34,881 nt of DNA. It comes from Gemmatimonadaceae bacterium. GTDB taxonomy: Bacteria > Gemmatimonadota > Gemmatimonadetes > Gemmatimonadales > Gemmatimonadaceae. The stretch spans positions 1 through 34,881 of the forward strand of contig DATEHJ010000285.1 of the NCBI GenBank assembly GCA_035279645.1, written 5' to 3'. The translations under genes and the position numbers were made by a program. The notes under the pieces are model-generated. The model was given only the letters and a program-made list of their open reading frames with translations. It was not told the origin of the DNA and made no database searches. Below, piece by piece: positions 1-8,085 of this stretch. Positions within the stretch are counted from its first letter, which is position 1. The number at the start of each line of letters is the position of its first letter.

Positions 1-2703
1 ACCCCGTCGCTGTTTCCAATTCTTTCATACAATCTCGAGGGGGGCGACGCGGCGACGTTGTACGACATCGCCCGCTATCAGATTCGTCCACTGGTCTCGC
101 GCGTACCCGGGGTTGGGCGCGTGGACGTGCAGGGCAGCGACGTGCGCGAGATCGAGGTCGTGGCCGATCCAGCGCGACTCGCCGCGCAAGGGATGACGTA
201 CGACGACCTCGCCACCGCGATCAAGCAGTCGACGAGCGTCTCCGCGGTCGGCCGTATGCCGGCCAACTACAAACAGTATCTGATCGTCACGGCGCAGGAG
301 GCGCACTCCTCGGACGACATCGCGAATGTCGTCGTTGCCCACGGACTCCGCGTTCGCGATCTGGCGACGGTGTCATCAGGCACGGAGGATCACGTCCGGA
401 TCATCTCCGGCGACGGGCGCCCGGCGGCGCTCCTCAACATCACACGACAGATCGGCGGCAATACGGTCTCGATCGCCGACAGCATCGCGCAGATCGCGGC
501 GGGTCTTCGCGGGCAGCTGCCGCCGGGCGTGCACCTGAAGGCCGTGTACGACCAAGCGGAGCTCGTGCGCGACGCAGTGCGCTCGGTGCGAGACGCGATG
601 ATCATCGGCGCGGTGCTCGCGGTGATCATCCTGATGCTGTTCCTCCGGCACTACCGTATCACCGCGATCAGCGCGTCGTCGATCCCGCTGACGATGGCGA
701 TCACGGTGTTCGTGATGGCGCGCGTTGGACAGACGTTCAACCTGATGACCCTCGGCGCGATGGCGATCGCGATCGGGCTCGTCATCGACGACGCGGTCGT
801 CATCACCGAGAACATTGTCCGACACACGCACATCAACCCCGATCGCCAGGCGGCGATTCGCGAGGCGGTGCAGGAGCTCATCTGGCCGGTGACGACATCG
901 ACGATCACGACGGTCGTCGTCTTTCTCCCGTTAGGCCTCCTCACCGGCGTCGAGGGGCAATTCTTCCACGCGTTGTCGATCACGCTCACGATCGCGGTCC
1001 TGGTATCGCTGCTGCTCGCGCTCACGATCATCCCGCTCCTCAGCGCGCAGTTCCTCACCGCGAGCGATACGGAGCAGGAGGATCCGACCGTCGAACCGGC
1101 GAGGCGCGCTGGCCCACTGGCACGTGTCCACGAGGGGATCGACTCGCTCGCCGACTGGTATGAGCGTTCACTCACGCGCACGCTCCATCATGCCCGGTGG
1201 ATGATCCTGGTTGCGGTCGTGCTCGTGGTGGCGGGATATCTCGCGCATCGCTTCGTCGGCACCGGGTTTCTACCGGAGATGGACGAGGGTGCGTTCGTCT
1301 TGGACTACTTCACGCCCGGCGGCACGGCGCTCGCCGAAACGGATCGCCAACTCCACATCGCCGAAGGTATTCTGGCGCGCACGCCGGAGATCAGCGGCAC
1401 GTCGCGGCGAACCGGCGCCGAACTCGGATTGTTCGCGACACAGCAGAACACCGGCGACGTCGTAGCTCGCCTCGTGCCGCGGAGCGAGCGCAGCCGCTCG
1501 ATCTTCGAAGTGATCGCCGAGGTGCGCGACAAGATCGGCTCCGCTGTACCGCGCCTGCACATCGAGTTCGTTCAGATTCTGTCCGACGTGATCAACGATC
1601 TCGCCGGCGCGGCGCGGCCCGTCGAGATCCGATTGTTCGGACCGGACCTCACCGCGCTCGAGGCCTACGCACAGAAGCTCCAGCCACAGCTGGAGAAGGT
1701 GGACGGCCTCGAGGATCTGTACAACGGCGTCGCCGAACCGAGCGCCGAGATGCAGATGACGGTGAATGAGGCCGAGGCGAATCGCGTCGGTCTCACCCCG
1801 GATCAGGTGCAGGCGACGGCGAGCGGCGCGTTGTTGGGCGTGCCGGCAGGCGAGATTCGCCTCGAGGATCGCTCGGTCGTGGTGCGTGTGCGCGCGCCGG
1901 ACTCGGTGCGATACAATCCGCGCCAGCTCGGCGCGCTGCCGATCATGTCACCGGCAAGCAAGTCCGCCGTGCCGCTCGCGTCGCTCGCGTCATTCCAGGC
2001 GCAAGACACGCGCGGCGAGCTGCTTCGGCAAAACCAGCAGCAGATGATCGGGATCCACGCGGATTTGGGCAATCGCGACCTGGGCGCCGTCATGTCCGAC
2101 GTCAACTCCATTCTTCGGCACACTCCGGCGCCGCGCGGCATCCGAGTCGAGATCGGCGGTCAGTACGCGAGCCAGCAGGAGGCGTTTCGGGCGCTGCTGC
2201 TGGTGTTGTTTCTCGCGGCGGCGAGCGTAATTGCGGTAATGGTTCTTCAGTTTCAGTCGTTCGTCGAGCCGCTCGTGATCCTGTTGGCGGCGCCGCTCTC
2301 GTTCGTCGGCGCGATGCTCCTGCTCCTGGTGACGGGCACCCCGCTCAACGTCGCGAGCTTCATGGGGCTGATCCTGCTCGTCGGTCTGATCGTGAAGAAC
2401 GGGATCATTCTCCTCGATTTCACTCGACACCGGATGAAGACCGCCGGTATGACGCTCGAGCCGGCGATCCGCGAAGCGGCGCGTATTCGTCTGCGGCCGA
2501 TTCTCATGACGACGCTGTGCACGCTCTTCGGGCTTTTGCCGTTGGCGCTTGGCCTCGGCGCCGGCAGCGAGCTGCAAAAGCCGTTGGCCCTCGCAGTGAT
2601 CGGCGGGCTGGCGCTGTCGACGCCGATCACCCTTTTCGTCGTGCCGACGTTGCTCGTGGCAATTCGCGGGCGTGAGTATTCACTCAACGGGAGCTCCGAA
2701 TGA
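1..2703 (+). CDS. Efflux RND transporter permease subunit (AcrB/CzcA superfamily), 5'-truncated by the window edge
   Basis: Frame 1 is open from nt 1, so the TTG listed at 58 is not the real start. Multi-TM sequence with RND hallmarks (GAMAIAIGLVIDDAVVITENIVRH, LVGLIVKNGIILLDF, two large periplasmic loops). Stop TGA 2701-2703 overlaps the next ATG (ATGA). Confidence 0.9.
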   Translation, partial: TPSLFPILSYNLEGGDAATLYDIARYQIRPLVSRVPGVGRVDVQGSDVREIEVVADPARLAAQGMTYDDLATAIKQSTSVSAVGRMPANYKQYLIVTAQEAHSSDDIANVVVAHGLRVRDLATVSSGTEDHVRIISGDGRPAALLNITRQIGGNTVSIADSIAQIAAGLRGQLPPGVHLKAVYDQAELVRDAVRSVRDAMIIGAVLAVIILMLFLRHYRITAISASSIPLTMAITVFVMARVGQTFNLMTLGAMAIAIGLVIDDAVVITENIVRHTHINPDRQAAIREAVQELIWPVTTSTITTVVVFLPLGLLTGVEGQFFHALSITLTIAVLVSLLLALTIIPLLSAQFLTASDTEQEDPTVEPARRAGPLARVHEGIDSLADWYERSLTRTLHHARWMILVAVVLVVAGYLAHRFVGTGFLPEMDEGAFVLDYFTPGGTALAETDRQLHIAEGILARTPEISGTSRRTGAELGLFATQQNTGDVVARLVPRSERSRSIFEVIAEVRDKIGSAVPRLHIEFVQILSDVINDLAGAARPVEIRLFGPDLTALEAYAQKLQPQLEKVDGLEDLYNGVAEPSAEMQMTVNEAEANRVGLTPDQVQATASGALLGVPAGEIRLEDRSVVVRVRAPDSVRYNPRQLGALPIMSPASKSAVPLASLASFQAQDTRGELLRQNQQQMIGIHADLGNRDLGAVMSDVNSILRHTPAPRGIRVEIGGQYASQQEAFRALLLVLFLAAASVIAVMVLQFQSFVEPLVILLAAPLSFVGAMLLLLVTGTPLNVASFMGLILLVGLIVKNGIILLDFTRHRMKTAGMTLEPAIREAARIRLRPILMTTLCTLFGLLPLALGLGAGSELQKPLALAVIGGLALSTPITLFVVPTLLVAIRGREYSLNGSSE

Positions 2704-3737
2704 AACGCGTCACCCTTTCCATCGCCGGCGCGGTAGGTTCACTCGTCGTCGCCGCGCCCGTGGCCGCGTCGCAGGCGACGGCGACGTATCACGTCACGCA
2801 ACGCTACACGCTCGGAGGAGACGGCGGGTGGGACTATGTGATTCTGGACACGACTGGGAATCGCCTCTTCATTGGCCGGCAGAATCGTGTGATGGTCGTC
2901 GACGAGGCGAGCGGTAAGCTGCTCGGTGAAATCACTGGGCTCAGCGCCGCGCACGGCACGGCGCTGGACAACGCGACGGGACATGGTTTCGCGACGTCGG
3001 GACGCGACAGCAGCGTCGTGATGTTCGATCTGAAGACGCTCAACGTGCTGGGACGCACAACGGCGGCCGACGACGCCGACGCGATCACCTACGATCCGGT
3101 GTCGAAGCTCGTGTTCACCTTCAACGGCGACGCGAACTCGTCGAGCGTGATCGACCCCAAGACCGGCAAGCGTGTCGGCACGATCGCGCTTGGCGGGAAG
3201 CCGGAGTACGGCGTCCCCGACGGCCGCGGAAAGTTGTACGCCAACATCGAGGACAAAGCCGAGGTCGTCGAGATCGACGCCGCGTCGCAGAAGGTGACGC
3301 GGCGCTGGTCGCTGGCTCCGTGCGAGTCACCGACCGGGCTCGCGATCGATCGAGCCCATCGTCGACTCTTCAGCGGGTGCCGCAACAAACACTTGGCGAT
3401 CTCGGACGCTGACAAAGGAAAATTGATCACGACGCTGCCGATTGGCGCCGGTGTAGACGCGAATGCGTTCGATCCTGGCACCCAGGATGCGTTTGCCTCG
3501 AACGCCGATGGCACGCTTACTGTCGTGCACGAGGACGCTCCGGATCGTTTTCACGTCGTGCAAACGGTGACGACGATGCCGGGCGCGCGTACGATGGCGC
3601 TCGATCCCCGATCGCACCGTTTGTATCTCGTGAGCGCGCAATTCGGACCGACGCCGACGGAGTCGACCGCCGCGAACCCGCGGCGACGGCCACCAGTGGT
3701 GCCCGGTTCGTTCACTCTTCTCGTGCTTGAGAAATGA
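2700..3737 (+). CDS. Secreted YncE/YVTN-type beta-propeller repeat protein
   Basis: N-terminal signal peptide (MKRVTLSIAGAVGSLVVAAPVAAS). Repeated short beta-strand blades (GNRLFIG, NRVMVVD, KLVFTFNGD, GKLYANI, RRLFSGC, HRLYLVS) typical of YVTN/YncE propellers. ATGA overlaps at both ends (2700-2703, 3734-3737). Confidence 0.7.
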   Translation: MKRVTLSIAGAVGSLVVAAPVAASQATATYHVTQRYTLGGDGGWDYVILDTTGNRLFIGRQNRVMVVDEASGKLLGEITGLSAAHGTALDNATGHGFATSGRDSSVVMFDLKTLNVLGRTTAADDADAITYDPVSKLVFTFNGDANSSSVIDPKTGKRVGTIALGGKPEYGVPDGRGKLYANIEDKAEVVEIDAASQKVTRRWSLAPCESPTGLAIDRAHRRLFSGCRNKHLAISDADKGKLITTLPIGAGVDANAFDPGTQDAFASNADGTLTVVHEDAPDRFHVVQTVTTMPGARTMALDPRSHRLYLVSAQFGPTPTESTAANPRRRPPVVPGSFTLLVLEK

Positions 3738-4591
3738 CTCGCTCGGCGCTGCGGCAGAAAGTTACGAGTTTCATAATCGCGAGCCTGGTCTCGCCGACGG
3801 TGGTCGCGTCGGTTCTCGCGCAGCCGGCGCTTCCGCCGAAGGCGAAGGCCGACAGCGCGAAGACGCCGGCGGCGCTTTTCACGAAGAAGGACTACGTCAT
3901 CGGCGCGTCATTCGTGATCGGCACGTTCGCGATGTTCCCCTTCGACCAGCGCTTGGCGAAGCACCTCACGAACCCTGGCGCGCAGGCGAACCAGTTCTTC
4001 AAAAACGCGTCGACCGGAGTCGAGTGGATCGCGAGCCCCGGCGCGTACGTGATCGGTGGGACGTTGTACGCCGTCGGGCGTATCGGCCATTTCGAACGGG
4101 TCGCCGACCTCGGCTGGCACGGTACGGAAGCGGTGATCGTTGCCGACGTCGTCACGTACGCATTGAAGGGGCTCACTGGGCGCGCGCGTCCCTTCGCGGC
4201 CGGCGACACGCTTCCTAACGATTTCAAATTCTTGAAGGGCTTCAAGAGCAGTGACCGACAGTCGTTTCCGTCCGGCCACGCCACGTCGGCGTTTGCGGCC
4301 GCTGCGGCAGTGACCGCGGAAACGGGCACCTGGTGGCCGAAGTCGACGTGGGTGATCGGGCCGTTGATGTACGGCGGCGCGACGATGGTTGGGCTCTCGC
4401 GTATGTATCACAACAAGCACTGGGCGTCGGACGTCGTGCTCGGGGCGGCCATCGGTACGTTCAGTGGCCAGAAGATCGTGCAGTACTCTCACGCGCATCC
4501 GACCCGGCTCGACAAGATCATGCTGAACGTTTCCGTGGTACCGGACGGCGACGGCCGGTGGGCGATCGCGTGGTCCGGAACGCTGCCCTAA
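3734..4591 (+). CDS. PAP2-superfamily phosphatase, secreted/periplasmic type (paralogue 1)
   Basis: All three PAP2 motifs are intact: KGLTGRARP (KX6RP), PSGH, SRMYHNKHWASD (SRX5HX3D). N-terminal signal/anchor. The TAA stop at 4589-4591 lies inside a CCTAACG word. Confidence 0.85.
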   Translation: MTRSALRQKVTSFIIASLVSPTVVASVLAQPALPPKAKADSAKTPAALFTKKDYVIGASFVIGTFAMFPFDQRLAKHLTNPGAQANQFFKNASTGVEWIASPGAYVIGGTLYAVGRIGHFERVADLGWHGTEAVIVADVVTYALKGLTGRARPFAAGDTLPNDFKFLKGFKSSDRQSFPSGHATSAFAAAAAVTAETGTWWPKSTWVIGPLMYGGATMVGLSRMYHNKHWASDVVLGAAIGTFSGQKIVQYSHAHPTRLDKIMLNVSVVPDGDGRWAIAWSGTLP

Positions 4592-4674
4592 CGCCTCTGT
4601 CATCGTGGCGTCAGGTACCCGCCTTACGTTCCCGAGAAGAGCAAGCAAACACTCAATTCTTGGAGGGAACGACA

Positions 4675-5061
4675 ATGAAAACTGTTAGGTATGCAGCGCT
4701 GCTCGCGACGATCCTGGCGTTCGGCGCAGCAGCGCGCGCCTCGGCGCAGGCAGCAAAGCCGGCGCCGAAGAAAGAAGCAACGAGCCAGGCCGCGCTGAGC
4801 AAAGAGGCGAAGATCGCCGAGGCCGACGCGCGCAAGACGGCGCTCGCCGCGGTGCCTGGCGGCAAAGTCGAGTCGCACGAGTTGGAGCGGGAGAAGGGCA
4901 AGCTGATCTACTCATACGACATCAAGGTCGCCGGGAAGTCGGGTGTCGAGGAAGTGAACGTCGATGCGATGACCGGCGCGATCGTCGCGCACGAGCACGA
5001 GGACGCGAAGGCCGAGGCCAAGGAGAAGAAGGCCGAGGCAAAAGCGACGAAGAAGCCGTAG
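4675..5061 (+). CDS. PepSY domain-containing secreted protein with Lys/Ala/Glu-rich tail
   Basis: ATG at 4675 is preceded by GGAGGG (4662-4667, 7-nt spacer). Signal peptide MKTVRYAALLATILAFGAAARASA. PepSY-like core (AKIAEADARKTALAAVPGGKVESHELEREKGKLIYSYDIKV...VNVDAMTGAIV). The upstream part of the listed ORF 4333..5061 looks non-coding. Confidence 0.7.
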   Translation: MKTVRYAALLATILAFGAAARASAQAAKPAPKKEATSQAALSKEAKIAEADARKTALAAVPGGKVESHELEREKGKLIYSYDIKVAGKSGVEEVNVDAMTGAIVAHEHEDAKAEAKEKKAEAKATKKP

Positions 5062-5070
5062 CGTCGCCGG

Positions 5071-5805
5071 GTGATGACGGGCGAACCGGGCAGCCGCGAG
5101 CTCTCTGCGGCGCAGCGCGTGAAGGAGTTCCTGGCTGCGCGGTTCGATCCGAATTCGCAACTAGGTCTCGGACTGACCGCGAGCTTCGTCATTTTCGTGC
5201 TCGCGCTATGGGCGTTCAGCGGCTTGCTCGACGCGGTGCTCGACAACGAGACCCTCGTTCGCGTCGATAGCGTGGTGGAATCGTGGTTCCACCTCCACGC
5301 CACGCCAGCAGGTCTCGCGATCTTCAATGTGGTCACGCAGCTCGGGTCGCCAGTGGTGGTGGTGCTCGTGTTCGTCGTCGCGCTCTATCTCTGGCGCGCG
5401 AATGAGATACTGCTGCTGTGGAATTGGCTCGGCGCGACTATCGGCGGCAAGGCAATTGAGTATGTGCTCAAGAACACGGTCCACCGCTCACGGCCGCAGT
5501 ATGCTGCGGCGTACCTGTACGGCCATTCGTACAGCTTTCCGAGCGGGCACAGCATGGGCGCGACGGTCTGCTACTTGTTGCTGGCGTACCTCATCGCGTC
5601 GCGACCGAACGCAACGAGGAGAACGCGCTCGATTGCGTTCGGCGTCGCCACGGCCATCGTCATCGCGGTTGGATTCAGTCGGCTCTATCTCGGCGTGCAC
5701 TATCCGAGCGACGTCCTTGGCGGCATCACCGCCGGCGTCGCGTGGCTGTCCGTGTGTGGGGCGACGCGCCGCTTCGTCGCCCAGCGCCAGGCAGCGAGCG
5801 CGTGA
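5071..5805 (+). CDS. Integral-membrane PAP2-family phosphatase (paralogue 2; PgpB/undecaprenyl-diphosphatase-like)
   Basis: Multi-TM protein with KNTVHRSRP, PSGH and SRLYLGVHYPSD motifs. GTG at 5071 or ATG at 5074. Confidence 0.85.
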   Translation: MMTGEPGSRELSAAQRVKEFLAARFDPNSQLGLGLTASFVIFVLALWAFSGLLDAVLDNETLVRVDSVVESWFHLHATPAGLAIFNVVTQLGSPVVVVLVFVVALYLWRANEILLLWNWLGATIGGKAIEYVLKNTVHRSRPQYAAAYLYGHSYSFPSGHSMGATVCYLLLAYLIASRPNATRRTRSIAFGVATAIVIAVGFSRLYLGVHYPSDVLGGITAGVAWLSVCGATRRFVAQRQAASA

Positions 5806-5941
5806 GCAGGCAGGCGCTGATTGTCTTTGCGACTTCTTTGCGGCTCGGCGCCGATGTGGAGCCACGGTTGGTGTAACGACGACATGGGTCTCGGAGTCAG
5901 TTCGACATTCTGCTGCGCCGACTGCGAACGAGGCTGTCCAC

Positions 5942-6838
5942 ATGCACTCCGCGAACAACGAACGCGTTCTCGAACACGAGCCATCTCTCGCGCGCGCCGT
6001 TCACATGGCGACGCTCCTCGCGATCCTGGCTTGGTCGAACATCTTCGCGCAAGCGCCGCCAGCGCAGGCGACTGACACCGATACGGTGGCGACTCAGTCG
6101 AGTGCGATGGTTACCAGGCGTGGCATCGCATTCGCTGGCGCCGCGGTGGTTGCAACCGGACTGCTTGCACCGTTCGATCACCCGATCCAGCGGACCATGC
6201 AGGCGGAGGATCTGCAGGACAACAAAGCCCTGCATCGCACGGCGAGTGCGTTCGGCTTCTCGGGCGGCCCGGGCCCCTTCATCGCGGCCGGCGCGCTGTA
6301 TCTGTTTGGCCGTGCGACGAGCTCGCAGCGTTTCGCCTCGCTCGGCGTGCACCTCACGGAGGGCATCGTTCTCGCTGCTGGCCTGAATGGCATCGTCAAG
6401 GGTGTTTCGGGACGTGCACTTCCGAACGCGAAGTCTGGCGAGCCGGGGGACTTCTCGTTCGGCCGTGGATTTCATGATGGCAATGGGTCGTTCGTTTCGT
6501 TTCCGTCGGGCCACACGGCCGCGAGTTTCGCGGCGGCGGCGGTGCTGACAGATGAAGTCTCCAGCTGCGACTGCTCGGCGACACGAATTGTCGGTCCCTT
6601 GGCCTATTCGACCGCGACGCTCGTCGCCTTGTCGCGATTATATCAGAACGTTCATTGGGCGAGCGATCTGCCGTTGGGCGCCGCGATCGGCGTCTTGAGT
6701 GGGAAGACCGTCGTATCGTGGCAGCGCCGACATCCGGGGAACTGGCTCGATCGGTATCTAGCGGGCGTGACGCTCGTGCCCGATGGCCACCGAATACGTG
6801 TGGCGACCACGGTCCCGGTTGGCTCCAACCCGCACTGA
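5942..6838 (+). CDS. PAP2-superfamily phosphatase, secreted type (paralogue 3, variant first motif)
   Basis: Only the distal part of ORF 5327..6838 looks coding. It aligns along its length with the 3734..4591 product (FPSGHTAASFAAAAVL, SRLYQNVHWASD, C-terminal VPDG). Start is ATG 5942 or ATG 6005 (MATLLAILAWSNIFAQA signal-like). First motif reads KGVSGRALP, with Leu (6419-6421) where the KX6RP Arg is expected. Confidence 0.75.
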   Translation: MHSANNERVLEHEPSLARAVHMATLLAILAWSNIFAQAPPAQATDTDTVATQSSAMVTRRGIAFAGAAVVATGLLAPFDHPIQRTMQAEDLQDNKALHRTASAFGFSGGPGPFIAAGALYLFGRATSSQRFASLGVHLTEGIVLAAGLNGIVKGVSGRALPNAKSGEPGDFSFGRGFHDGNGSFVSFPSGHTAASFAAAAVLTDEVSSCDCSATRIVGPLAYSTATLVALSRLYQNVHWASDLPLGAAIGVLSGKTVVSWQRRHPGNWLDRYLAGVTLVPDGHRIRVATTVPVGSNPH

Positions 6839-6925
6839 GTCAAGGCGGCGAGTGTGAGCGTATGCTAACCTCGCAAGATCCAATTGGCGTCGCTCACCCA
6901 CCGGCCCGTGCGGCGCACGCTTCCA

Positions 6926-7960
6926 CTACATCTTCGGTCCGCGCGCTGGCGTCGGCGCCTCGCCGCCCATATTGTCGACGCCCATCTCGCGCGCCATCGA
7001 GAGCCACTCCTCGCGCGAAACGACTTCCGTCGTGGAATCGCGAAACGTCGCCATCGCGCGCAGAATTGCCGATCGCTTATCGCGCGACGGCACTTTAGGC
7101 GACGCAAGAATGTCGGCGACGACGTCGTGCAGCGAGTGCAGATTGTCGAAGACGATCGCGGCGTCCGGATAGCGCGCGGCGAAGCGCGGCGCGACCGCGG
7201 CCGCGAGCGGCATCATCGTCGGCATGTGCGTTGGCGCATCGGCGATGAGCGCCCAGAAGCGCGTCGTGGCGGCGTCGACGTTTCGACGCCGCCCCCCGGC
7301 GTCGTTCGTCGCGAGCAGCGCATCGTATACCGCCATCTGATACCAGTGATACGACCAGAGCAGACCATTGAACTTCGGATCCTGTCGGCGGAAAACGAGC
7401 GAGTATGGGGCGCCTTCCATGAGCGCCATGCTCTTCGGGTGCCGACTCAGCGCGATGTCGCGCCGGCTCTCGTAGTAGCGGAGTAATTGCGCGACGCGCG
7501 TGTCGCGCGCCGCACTGTCGAGCTTCTCGTCGGCAAGCACGTCATAGAGCTGACGATGCAACATGTGCGTCCAGTCGAACAGCTCCGCCAACTCCGGAAC
7601 GAGGGTCGTGTACGCGGGGCCTACGGCGTGCTCCTCGAGCGGCAGTTCTGGCGGATCGACGAGGAGCTTGGTGGTGATGAATTGGAACTCGCGTCCGTCG
7701 ATGTCGCGCACGGCGACGTCTGGCCGACCAGCATCGCGCAACAGCCGTTCGTAGAGGATCGCATGTCCATAGTCGAATGCGTTGAACAGGCGGTCGGAGT
7801 GCGGGTATTGATTACGAAAGGCCCAGTTGTAGGGCGCTCCGAGGTAGGTCTGCTCGGACACGCGCGAGATGGAGCCACAGCCGACGACTGCCGCCACGAA
7901 GGCAAGCAGCATCGGCCGCGCAATCCGATTGCCGCTCGGCGACCTCGCCGAACCAGTCAT
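6926..7960 (-). CDS. Hypothetical lipoprotein, no family recognised
   Basis: Long ORF with coding-like composition. Lipobox LAFVAAVVGC-GS after a positively charged N-region. Preferred start ATG 7960 (alternatives 7981, 7912; the listed 8056 is a TTG). Rich in His/Tyr/Trp helical motifs (FDYGHAILYE, WTHMLHRQLYD, WSYHWYQMAVYD, FDNLHSLHDVV). Confidence 0.6.
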   Translation of the reverse strand: MTGSARSPSGNRIARPMLLAFVAAVVGCGSISRVSEQTYLGAPYNWAFRNQYPHSDRLFNAFDYGHAILYERLLRDAGRPDVAVRDIDGREFQFITTKLLVDPPELPLEEHAVGPAYTTLVPELAELFDWTHMLHRQLYDVLADEKLDSAARDTRVAQLLRYYESRRDIALSRHPKSMALMEGAPYSLVFRRQDPKFNGLLWSYHWYQMAVYDALLATNDAGGRRRNVDAATTRFWALIADAPTHMPTMMPLAAAVAPRFAARYPDAAIVFDNLHSLHDVVADILASPKVPSRDKRSAILRAMATFRDSTTEVVSREEWLSMAREMGVDNMGGEAPTPARGPKM

Positions 7961-8085
7961 TGTCGTTCGGCATCCACTCATTGGCTCTCGGCTACCACCT
8001 TCGTCCGGCCGTTTCCAAATTGCGATGGGCGTGTGCGTCCTTCTTTCATGAAACAATACTTCAGGATCGTCGAAACGTCACAGGC

